Source: Geosiphon pyriformis uo1
Lineage: Eukaryota; Fungi; Glomeromycota
DNA: 64,000 nt
Reading direction: 5' to 3'
NCBI GenBank assembly: GCA_016748015.1
Contig: JAAOMT010000697.1
Location: forward strand, 690,868-754,867
Of the stretch, positions 52,993-64,000 are shown piece after piece (positions within the stretch are counted from its first letter, which is position 1; each line of letters begins with the position of its first letter). The translations under genes and the position numbers were made by a program. The notes under the pieces are model-generated. The model had not been told where the DNA came from. It saw only the letters and a program-made list of their open reading frames with translations, and did not search any database.

Positions 52993-55900
52993 TTCTCCAA
53001 ATAAAAAGATTTTCAGTCACCTAGAAATCCTATTCAACAGCAAGAACCAATATTAACCAGCACCAATATCATTGAGTACTTACAGGAAAATGAAAGTAAT
53101 CATTCAAAGAACTTAGAAAGTGAAGAAACTGAATCAGAACCAGAAGAAATTACAGAGAATGAAGAAGAAATGACAACTGTTTATATTGCAAAAATTCCAG
53201 AATTTATTGGTGAAGATAATAATACTAGTCCTCAAAAATGGCTTGACAAAGTTTAGAAAACAGGAGACACAAATGATTGGAATGCAGCAAAAATGCTCAA
53301 AACAATCTCATACTTTCTTCAAAAAACTGCAGAAGAATAGTTTGAAAACTTGGAAGATTTTTTTAAAAACTGGCAAGCATTCAAAGATGCTTTTTTACAA
53401 CAATTCACTGACAACAACACCTCTATTACTCTCTGCAATTGCTTTCACAATATTAAACAAGAAACATCTGAGACTGTTATGACTTATCTTGAAAGATTCA
53501 ACAAACTCCTTTGACGAATTCAACAATTGGAAACCAATGATTACTATTCTGATGCCCAGATTCTGGATCAATTTATAGCTAGATTAAAAGACAAACTCAT
53601 TAAGAAAGTTTGCCCACATGTACCAGCAGACTTAGCAATTGCTATTAGATATGCAAAGAACTATGAAATGGCAATGGAAGAAGCAAACCACACTAAACTC
53701 GTCAACCTAGCTATTGGAGAAACCAGTTCAGCAGTTGAAGAGAAGATAGACCAACTCACAAAGAAAGTTGAAAGCTACTTCACAAACTAACAACAACAAC
53801 AACAACAACCACAAAGATATCAACCTCCACAACGATGTAACCAAAACAATTTTGAATCACTCTTCAACAACCAACCTCAAAATTGTCATTATTGTGGAAT
53901 TTCAGGACACTGGAAACAAAATTGTAGAAAATTACAAAGAGACCAACAAAATAGAAGTAATCAACATTATTCTTCACCACAACAATCTTATTACCAATCT
54001 CCACCACCAACTTATTATTCATCAAGACCACAAAATCAAAACAGTTACTATCAACCAGTTCCACAACCAATGCAGCAACAATATTAGCAACCTTTACTAA
54101 TTCAGCAATATCAGACACCATCCACTTAACAATATCAAGTACCAGTCAGAAGATTGGTTCAACATAACCAATTCACACCCCAAAGTCAATTTCAGAATAA
54201 CAACAACAGAATCAACTCAAATAACCAGTTGGTTCTCCGAAATTCTGGTCAACAAAGACCTAATTACTATCACACTTAACTCAGTTATCTTACAATTCCT
54301 GAAGAATCGGATTTTCAACAATCTGCACTTTCTGAAGGTGAAGTTGCAGCACTAAGATCAAATCCTTCCAACAACATCATTCCACCAGCCCAAATTGTCC
54401 AAAATGCCAACCTTTCAGATATTTTTTCATTCAAATTTGAAGCCAATAAATTACCATTCTTGTTTAATAATGCAGCAGCTAATAAACAAAAAGCTATCAC
54501 TGCCATGTACACTGAAGCTATAGTAGAAGGCAAACCCATTCGACTAATTCTAGATAGTGGATTAGCTGGAAGTATTATTACTTACCAGTTAATGCAACAA
54601 CTTCAAAGAACTGTTAACAGACCAGTCCAAACTGTAATTGTTACAGCAGATGGTATAAAAAAGACACCAGTAGGAGAAATTGACAATTTTCCATTTACCA
54701 TTGATGGAATTATCATTCCAGTCAAAGTTCTTGTCATAAATGCACCTCAATACCAAGCTTTGGTTGGAAATGATTGGCTTTTTAAAGCTTATGCAAACTT
54801 GGACTGGAAAACTCAGGAATTAAAAATCTTATACCAAGGACAATACACCATAGTACCTGCTACTTGTGATACTTTTAACAAATAATCAGAAAAAGCCCCA
54901 GTATTTGAATTTGAAGAGAAGAAAGAAATGCCACTTACTGAAACCTACATGGCTCTTGAATCAACATTCAATTGGGCTAAAGAAACAGAACAGAAGATTT
55001 TTAAAGAATCAAGAGGATAAAAAAAAGTTAGATATTTTACACCAGAATTATGGAAACCACCACCCTATATTCCACTCAAATGCAAAAATTGCAACAAAAA
55101 ACTTTCATCAATGGGAGCATGTATTTCTCCAGAAGAGGAATATGAAACTCGTACCTGCTACTTTTGTAAAGCATGCCATAAAAAACGATTTGGATATCCC
55201 AAAAAGAGTGGAAAATGAGACAAAACACCTTGTCTTACATGTGGAGATATGTTACCAGAAGAATACAACTGGATTGATGTTGCAATGAGAGGAGGAGTAT
55301 GTAATCAAATCTGTCAATATGCTCTATCAATTTCGAAAAAAGTCAGAAGAGGAACACCATTTGATGCAGCATACAACAATGTTTTCAATAAACTTTACCA
55401 CTACTCTCATGATGCTGAAATGATTTTTGACCTAGCAATGGCATTAATCAATGGAGCCACCCAAGAAGATGTCCACCAAATGAAAGAAGCTGAATACATT
55501 GAGTATATTATGGAATTAGCTGGATTTGATTATGAAGATAAAGTAAAAACCTACCACCAAATTGCAAGCCACATATACCCGACCCAAGAAGCTCAAATTC
55601 AATGATTAGAGCAAATGAACATTCAATTGTGTGAAAAATGCATCATGCCTTGTGATGACAAATGGTGTCCAGAATGCTATGCTTTTAGCATTCCCCTGCC
55701 AGAAGAAAATAATGAAAAGGAAATCGAATTTGGAGTATCTAAACTGGTAAAAGAACTACCAACCACCTCTATCTATCTTTTTGAAAAGCAACCACCTCTA
55801 CAACTTAAATATTTTGACAACCATGGCCAAGAAATCAGACCAGAAAAAGCACATGAAATTGATGCTGAATATGATCTAAGATACCCAGGAAAAGATACTT

Positions 55901-58076
55901 TGGTTCTCCAACCAAAGTTATTAACAAAAATCAATCTCAAAATTGCTCTTAAAATTCTACCAGGAGCAATGGTTCAAATTGCATCCAGATCATTATTGGC
56001 AAGCAAAGGAATCAATATTAGAGGAGGAGTTATAGATGCAGGATATACTGGAGACATTACTATCATGTTACAAAATGAAACAGACAAACCATTTAGGATT
56101 GAACATGCTGAGAAAATTACCCAAGCAATTTACCTACCCTTAATCAACATTTTGGGTTTACAATCAATGAAGAACAGAGAACAATTGGGAAAAAGTGAAA
56201 GAGAAACTCAAGGTTTTGGTTCAACTGAATGATTTACAGTGCCAGTAAACATAGCTCTCAATACACAAAATGAATCTTACCAGATTTTTCAACTTCCTTA
56301 ACCAATTATTATTTCACTTTTTGGAGAACATCACGAAATTTACACTTGCTCAAAACTCACTACTACTCAACAAATCTTTGAATCCAATGAACAAATCTGT
56401 TTGAAGCATGAAATCTCAATTCCAAACATTTATATTCTCAAAGGAATAAAAAAATTTTGAGTTACATTTTACAACTCTAATAATTACCTCATTGTCTTAT
56501 TGAACAAACTAGAGATTAAAATCATACACAATAACATTTTTCAAGATGAAAACCCTCAAATTGTCTCTAATTTCATCAAAATTATAAGACATACACTACT
56601 TCCAAATCCAAACATCATTTCTACCACTGAAAACTACCACCTTTTGGAAGAAAAACTCTCTCAAATCAACATGGGTTCTTTAGAACCCTAACAACAAAGA
56701 CAATTGAAATAGCTAATAGTTAAATTTGCAGATATATTTGCAAAAAACAACAATAACCTGGAAAAAACTAATATTGTTCAACAGCAGATCCACACAGAAG
56801 ATGCTCTACCAAAAAGACAACAAGCTTATTGAGTGCCACCTGCCAGCCACCAATTCATCAGAGAAGAGGTTCAAAGAATGCTCAATAACAAATTGATTCA
56901 ACCATCAAGAAGTTCTTGGGCTTCACCAATAGTTTTAGTTAAAAAAAAAACGGAAAAATCAGATTCTGTGTTGATTATAGACAACTGAATAGTGTTATAA
57001 TTGGAGATGCCTACTCTCTTCCAAGAATTGATGACATGTTAGATGCTCTAGGAAAAGCCAAGTTCTTCTTAACTTTAGACTTGGAAAGTGGATACTGACA
57101 AGTCGAAATGGACCCAAAAGATAGATCCAAAACAGCATTCACCACTTAAGGAGGAAACTATGAGTTCAATGTTATGCCTTTTAGACTCTGCAATGCATCA
57201 GCAACATTCTAACAACTCATGGATGTTGTATATGAAGGACTCTTGTGGCAATTAGTAATTGTCTATCTTGATGACACTAATGTATACTCACCAAACTTTA
57301 AAGCCCACCTTATCTATCTATGAGAAGTTTTTTAATGATTACAGAAAGCAGGATTAAAGTTGAACATTGAGAAATGTCACTTTGGAAAAACAAGTCTAAT
57401 CTTTCTTGGACACATTGTTAGCAAAAATGGAGTCAAACCAAACCCTGGAACAATCAGTGCTGTCAAAAACTTTTAAACTTCTAAAAATACCACAGAACTA
57501 AGAGGATTTGTAGGATTAGTCTCCTATTATCGGAAATTCATCAAAGAATTTTCAGAAATTGCCAAACCACTCAATTATCTCACCAACAAAAATGTGCCAT
57601 ACAAATAGATGGAAAAACAACAAAAAGTTTTTGAAACCCTCAAAACAAGATTGACAACAGCCCCAGTTCTTGCTTACTCAGACTTCAACAAATGGTTCCA
57701 ATTAGCCACTAATGCTTCACACATAGCTTTTGGTGTCATCTTATCACAATTAGATGAAAATGGCCAAGAACAAGTCATTGTCTATGCCAGCAGAACACTC
57801 AAGCCAACAGAACTCAAATATGGCTCAACTGAATTAGAAGTGGCTACAGTTATTTGGACTCTTAAACATTTTCAACAATATCTGAAGAATGGAAAAGAAT
57901 TTGACATCATAACGGACAATATTGATCTCAAATGGCTTAATAAAAAAAAAACTGAACAAAGTGCCAAACAGTCTCAATGGAATGATTTCCTAGCAGACTA
58001 CAGATACATTGTACACCACAAACCAGGAAAACTACACACCAATGTTAATAGCCTTTCAAGAATGAGACAAGATTAA
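52993..58076 (+). pseudogene. Element B Gag-PR-Cys-rich-dUTPase-RT-RNase H
   Basis: IAKIPEF capsid, CHYCGISGHWKQNC, LILDSGLAGSII, CKNC..CKAC..CLTC, dUTPase, VYLDDTNV, RNase H ORF 57609-58076. Confidence 0.9.
55834..56232 (+). pseudogene. dut: dUTPase domain of element B, best-preserved motifs
   Basis: PEKAHEIDAEYDL, IASRSLL, GGVIDAGYTGDI, EKITQAI, RETQGFGST (motifs I-V of trimeric dUTPases). Confidence 0.9.
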
Positions 58077-58131
58077 CACCACCAACAATCTCATTATAAC
58101 ATACTACTACTAGCAAAACAACAAAACAACA

Positions 58132-59515
58132 ATGAATCCCAGAAATTACAACAATCTTAAAAACTATTTGAAGACTCTCACTATGCTAGAAAATTGGTCT
58201 CCAAGTAAAAAACATCGATTACAACACCAGTCCAAACAATATTTTATATACCACAACAAAATTTATTACAAAAATTATAAAAACCCAAACCAATCACTCA
58301 GATTAGTACAGAAAAATGAAAAAGAAACAATTCTATACAACATGTACACAGATCTTTCTTCAGCACACTTGGGAAGAGATGGAACAATTCAAAGAACTCT
58401 TAAACATTATTTTTGGCCTCACATGCAAAAAGACATTTGACAATATGTAGAATTCTGATAGTTGTTAAAGAAGAAGAGAAACTCGCCCTACAGAACTTTT
58501 AAATCCAATCAAAATTGGACAACCTTTTGACAGAGTTGGAATTGATTTAGTCAGACCATTACCTATCACAACCCAAGGAAATTGTTATATTGCAATTGCA
58601 GTAGATTATCTTACCAAATGGTCTGAAGCTAGAGCCATCTAAAGAACAGATGCAAAATCAGTAGCAAATTTCATCTATGAAGACATTATCTGTAGACATA
58701 GATGCCCAATTGAACTTTTATCTGATCAAAGAACACATTTTGTGAACAACCTAATACAAAAAATTTGTGAACAATTCAATGTCAAAAGACCTCTATTATT
58801 ACCTTATTACCCTCAAACAAATAGACTTGTAGAATATTTTAACAGAACATTGTGTGAATTTTTAGCCAAAGTCTCAACAGATTTTGAGCAGGAATGGGAT
58901 ATCTTTATTCCATCAGTGTTATTAACATACAGAACACTAAAACAAAATACTATGAAACACACACTATTTGACTTAACTTATAGAAAGACAGCAATATTAC
59001 CAATCAATTTCACAGTGGAAACATACCCTGTGCAACTAATTAATAAAGAAAACTTTCAAAAAACACTTCAAAGAAGGGCCTATACTCTTCTTAGTACACT
59101 GGAAGAAAAAAGAAGGATAGCAGCAACTCATATTGAATATTCCTAAGCTCAACAAAAAGAAAGACATGACAACAAATTACCACCTATTACCAACGAATTT
59201 AAAGTTGGAAATAAAGTTTTCTTACACAGAACTAAGACTGAAAAACAATGGAGTGGAAAATTTGAAAACAAATAGGATGGACTATTTTATATTCACGAAA
59301 TTCTAAACAATGGATCATATAAATTAAGACTTGATGACAAAGTACTAACAAAAATTGCACATGGAGATAAATTGAAACACTATCATTCCAGAAACATACC
59401 TGAACCATTAATTCCACAAATTGGTATACATTTCCCTTTAATTAATCCTGAAAATATTCCCCGAAATTTAGAACCAATAATCATAATAGAACAACAACCA
59501 AACTTGAACACTTAA
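58132..59515 (+). pseudogene. int: Element B integrase, separate ORF
   Basis: MNPRNY start, SAHLG, GIDLV, YPQTNRLVEYFNRTL, GSYKL. Confidence 0.88.
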
Positions 59516-59675
59516 TTCAACATAATTTTACAATAATTCCTTTTTTTATAAACATACAAAGAAAAAAATAGCAAATAATTACAAAAATACACAAACCCAA
59601 AAACAAATAAAACCTCATATCCAAAAAAAATAATTTTCTTTATTCTCTCTTTTTCATTAATTAGTCAATTTTATT

Positions 59676-60352
59676 ATGATTATTCCCCGAAATATTCAAC
59701 AAATATCCCAAAAATTAATGTTAGCCTTGAAAACACTTCTTGACTTATCCATAACAATTAATGGAAGTCAAATTAATTACATTCAAAAAAAAACAACAGC
59801 TCCAGTAGTAAATAATTTTCAGAACTACTACCCCTATAAAAGAAAAACAAGAAGTCACTCTGAAAATAGGTTATCAGAACTTTTGAAGCAAGCACTGAAA
59901 GAAAATTTTTTATTTGTCCCTATTGACATTCCACCAAATGCCACAATTTAACAACAACTACTACTATTTCTCAATGAACAGAACAAGGAACATACCTTTA
60001 TATATAGATATTTTTATATTGGAAAAACACTTTATGAACAAAAACTGGAACTTGAAGCAACCAACATCACTCCTGAGGCTATACAAAAACAAATTCACAA
60101 TGAATTTAAGACAGCAGCTGGATCAACAAACACTTGCTACAAACTTAGAGCAGCTTTTAGACTCTATGATTTATTCAACACTTGTGAAAACGTCTTACAA
60201 AATCTAATACTGCAACCAATAAAAGTTCAATACATTGAAAAGCTCACAGAACTGAAATTTCAACAATTTTCAGACCAAATCACTTCAATTATCTTGAACC
60301 ACTATCTTAATATCACAGATAGTGCTTGGACTTTGATGGAGCTCAGTCTTGA
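59676..60352 (+). pseudogene. Element B accessory 3' ORF
   Basis: MIIPRNIQQISQKL..; C-terminal RLYDLF..IEKLT..FQQ..WTFDGAQS* aligns with the family A 3' ORF end. Confidence 0.65.
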
Positions 60353-60363
60353 GGAGGAGATTA

Positions 60364-61336
60364 TATTACCAGTAGAATTTTAGCTATTAATTAGCATAAA
60401 ATTACCCTTATAATTCCTATTATTAATTAGCATACATTATTATTAATTTGATTATCACTTATTATTTAATCAAATTATCAAATATCATTACTTAATCAAT
60501 AATTCGATTTGTATCATAGAAATTAAGATGATCAAATTACACAATACTCTGAACCATTTAACATAGTCAAAATTCGCCGAAATTAATAAAAATTTGCCGA
60601 AATAATCAATAGTTCAGTGAAATAACTTGTAAATTTGCCGAAATGTATTTTTAGTTCACCCAAATTGTAGCAAAGAGAAAAGTGCAAGTTCAAAAACTAG
60701 TACTATAACAAGTTGTATAAAAAAAAAGCTTTTCTCTTCAAGAAAATGTATCTTCCCATAGTATCTTACCATAGTATTTTACTTTAAATATCTTAATTGA
60801 AACAAATCACCTTTTACAAAATCAAATAAAAATTAAATATTTGAAAACCAAATTCTTAAATTATTACACTTGAAATTCTCTCAACACAACTAACATTTTG
60901 AAATTAATTAGCTACCAATTTTAATAAACTGTTAGTAACTCCAGGCCTGGATAGAAAATGTTTCCTTTGATAAATTTTATTTCTTTTACATTTCTTTTAT
61001 TTTTTTTATTATTTTTCTTATCATAATCATTAGGGTAGCCTACAAACGAGATTCCTGTAGAAAAGTTGACTTTCATAGCAAAGTAACTACACATTTTTAG
61101 TGAGCTTCCAGATGAGCAATTCCTGAGAAAAAGTTAACATTTACTACAATGTAACTACATAAAGTAACTGGCAAGAAATTGGCTATTCCACTTATAAGCC
61201 CAGCAGTTCAAATTATAGGAGATAATTTAAAGATAAATTCAGTTATTGGAGGTTCAACTACTTTTAGAAAAGGTGAATTTAAAACAAACAGATATTAATA
61301 ACATTTAAGAAAAGAGACCGAAAACCTCCAGTAATA
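60364..61336 (+). repeat. Element B 3' LTR
   Basis: Follows PPT GAGGAGGAGATTA; colinear with 31428-32405. Confidence 0.94.
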
Positions 61337-61340
61337 TCGC

Positions 61341-63481
61341 ACACATGTATTGATCTCAAAATAGCTTTGGAAATTTCAGCAACAATCATGGTTCAATTAG
61401 CATTTAGGAGTAGCCTAGTAAAAAAAGGAATCAACATCAAAGGAGAAATAATTGATGCAGGGTATATAGGAAATATTATTGCTATGCTACAAAATGACTC
61501 TGAAAAAGCCTATATTATAGAGCCAAATAAAAAGATAGCACAAGCAATATTCTTACCTTTGGTAAAAATAGCTCAATTAGTGTCAGTGAAAAACAGAGAA
61601 AAATTAGGGATTACTGCTAGAGGAATACAGGGATTTGGATCAATGAATAGAATAGACATACCAGTTAATATGGTGGTGGAAGAAATTATTGACAAAGGAG
61701 AAATTATCTCAACCCATCAATCAATTTCCATTCCACCATATGACCAGTATATATTACTTATAAAAAGAAAAATAAAGAATCAGGGTTAGTTGTTTGAAGC
61801 AGAAGCCACCATTTGCAAATTAGGGGAGATTGGACTCATTAATCTCTACATATCAGCCAAAAACCCCAAAAACATCAAAATTCTCATCTACAACACAACT
61901 GGAAATGTCATTGAAATACCAAAAGGAACTATTATTGGATATTTGACCACTGAAGTTGAGAATCAACCACCAAATCACATTCCAGATTTTCCACAGCTTT
62001 GCAGATATGTGGACATTACATCACAAACCATCTATGGACGAAATGAATATTATCTGCTTCAACCAAAACAATTGGAACAGATGAACATGGGGAATCTAGA
62101 TCCACTTTAATGGATGCAACTCAAGATATTATTCAACAATTTCAATGACATCTTTGTTAGCAAAAATGAATTTGGCTGAACCAATATTATCTAACATCAG
62201 ATCAAGACTGGAAATGCAATGCCAATTAAACAAAGAGTATACAGAGTACTACCAGCTAGCCATGAGATCATTTGTCAAGAAATCAACTGGATGCTTGACA
62301 ATAGGCTAATTCAGCCATTAATAAGTCTATGATTATCACCAGTAGTACTAGTTCATAAGAAAAATAGAAAAATCCATTTTTGTGTAGACTACTAAAAACT
62401 GAATGAAGTAACAAAAGGTGATAGCTATCCAACTCCAAAGATCCAAAAACTATTCGACACTTTTGGAGGAAATAAATGGTTCTCAACACTGGACTTAGAT
62501 AGTAGTTACTGGCAAGTAGCCATGGATCCAGCTGACAAAGAAAAAACAGTGTTTACTACAAAAGAAGAAAATTTTGAGTTTGAAGTCATGCCATTTGGCT
62601 TGATGAATGCTCCAGCAACATTCCAATGGCTCATAAAAATTGTTTATACTGGATTACTATGGAAATCAGTAGTCGTATACTTGGATGACACCAATGTGTT
62701 TTCAAAAACATTTGATGATTATTTGCATCATCTCCAACAAGTATTCAAAAGATTAAAAAGAGCTGGATTGAAACTAAATGCAACCAAATGTTTCTTTGGA
62801 AAAACTGAACTCAAGTTTTTGGGACATGTGGTGAGCAAAGACAGAATCAAAACAGATCCAGACAAGATCAAAATAGTTAAGAACTTTTTAGTACCAGCCA
62901 ACTTGTCAGAACTAAGGACATTTTTGGGATTCGCAGGCTACTATTACTGCTTTATCAAGGACTTTTCTAAATTAACTCAGCCATTTTACCATCTACAAAC
63001 CAAAAATGTGAAGTATAAATGGACTGAAGCTCAACAAGAAGCATTTGACACATTGAGAAGAAAGCTTATCTAAGCTCTAGTATTGATGTATCCAGATTAC
63101 AACAAACTATTCATCATTACTACTGATGCATCAGGTCAAGCATTGGGAGCAGTACTATTACAGAAAAAATCTGATGGAAGAGAGCATCCAGTAGCTTATG
63201 CCAGTAGAAGTTTAAGTCCAGCTGAAAAAAACTATGGAACTCCAGCACTGGAACACTTAGCAATCTATTGGGCTGTTATCAAATAGAAAAAATACTTGAG
63301 CCAAAAGTTTGAAATATATACAGATCACAAAAAATTGACTTCAATCCAAAAACAAAAATTTACAGACAATTGCCATGCCAGATAGAAAATAGAACTTTCA
63401 TTATTCAATTATATAGTACATTATAAAAAGGGAAAAAACAATGGAAATGCTGACAGATTGTCGTAAATGAGACAAATCTAA
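61341..63481 (+). pseudogene. pol: E3 dUTPase C-terminal part-RT-RNase H
   Basis: IIDAGYIGNI, ARGIQGFGS, VVYLDDTNVF, TDASGQALGAVL; ends MRQI*. Confidence 0.9.
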
Positions 63482-63511
63482 AAACATTTCAACCCAAAAA
63501 TATAACAAAAA

Positions 63512-64000
63512 ATGAACACACAAAAATACCAACAACTCCAGCATTATATAAATACTCAATTGTTCAAGAAAAAATTATCTCAAAAAGAACAAAACAACAT
63601 AAAACAGCAATCAAAATATTTCATCAATCATTAAAATATACTTTACCAGAAAAACAGAAGAAATCCAAACCAACCAACTAGAGTAATTACAGAATCAAAA
63701 AAAGAAACAATATTGTTTAACATGCACTTAGATCCAACAGCAGAACATTTTTATAAAAAAGCAACCATAGAAAGAACCAGAAAAAGATACTATTGGTCAT
63801 CAATGTATCCAGACATTATCCAATATGTTTAAAATTGTGATGCTTGTCAAAGAAAAGGTGAAACAAAATCCAGTAAACCATTAAGACCAATCAAAGTAGA
63901 ACAACCATTTGATTACATTAGAATTGACTTAATCAGACCATTAACAATTACTAGTAAAAACAACAGATATATTGTAGTAGCTATAAACTATCTTACAAAA
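63512..64000 (+). pseudogene. int: E3 integrase N-terminal part (runs off the window)
   Basis: MNTQKYQQL, MHLDPTAEHF, CDAC, RIDLI. Confidence 0.85.

Larger units (their letters stand above)
31428..61336 (+). mobile_element. Ty3/Gypsy element B (second family), complete; own sequence 31428-32989 and 52989-61336; interrupted by E4
   Basis: Paired ~975-bp LTRs, TSD TTGC/TCGC, PBS TTTGGTGTTCTTCCA, PPT GAGGAGGAGA, gag-PR-dUTPase-RT-RH, IN, 3' ORF. Confidence 0.94.
26496..64000 (+). mobile_element. Ty3/Gypsy element E3 (family A); own sequence 26496-31427 and 61337->64000, interrupted by element B inside dUTPase
   Basis: 5' LTR, PBS, gag, PR; dUTPase breaks at ..KLEPN and resumes SHTCIDLKIALE after the B 3' LTR. 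Confidence 0.92.

Noticed and set aside
1-64000. Alternative genetic code explaining the many in-frame stops
   Set aside because: Stops fall at different positions in each copy and all three stop types trace to single transitions; only the RNase H/IN stop is shared

Overview
AT-rich eukaryotic DNA made entirely of decayed retrotransposons; no host gene, RNA gene or CRISPR array was found. A fungal, possibly Glomeromycotina-like, host is my inference from element style. There are six Ty3/Gypsy LTR elements in two related families (A: E1-E5; B: one copy) and four LINE-derived segments. LTR termini, PBS, PPT and TSDs resolve two nests. Nest 1: LINE ORF1 relic > E2 (4096-13569) > E1 (<1-4095). 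Nest 2: LINE relic > E3 (26496->64000) > B (31428-61336) > E4 (32990-52988) > E5 (37150-47308, minus strand). The Gypsy layout is unusual: an N-extended Gag-PR-[Cys-rich domain]-dUTPase-RT-RNase H frame ends in a conserved stop, then a separate integrase ORF without a chromodomain, then a ~215-aa soluble accessory ORF ending at the PPT. Main leads: every resolvable insertion has a 4-bp target duplication centred on CpG; integrase is uncoupled from Pol; an ORF1-only 'half-LINE' carries the LINE 3' end; family A Gag probably starts at GUG; C>T/G>A decay is pervasive.
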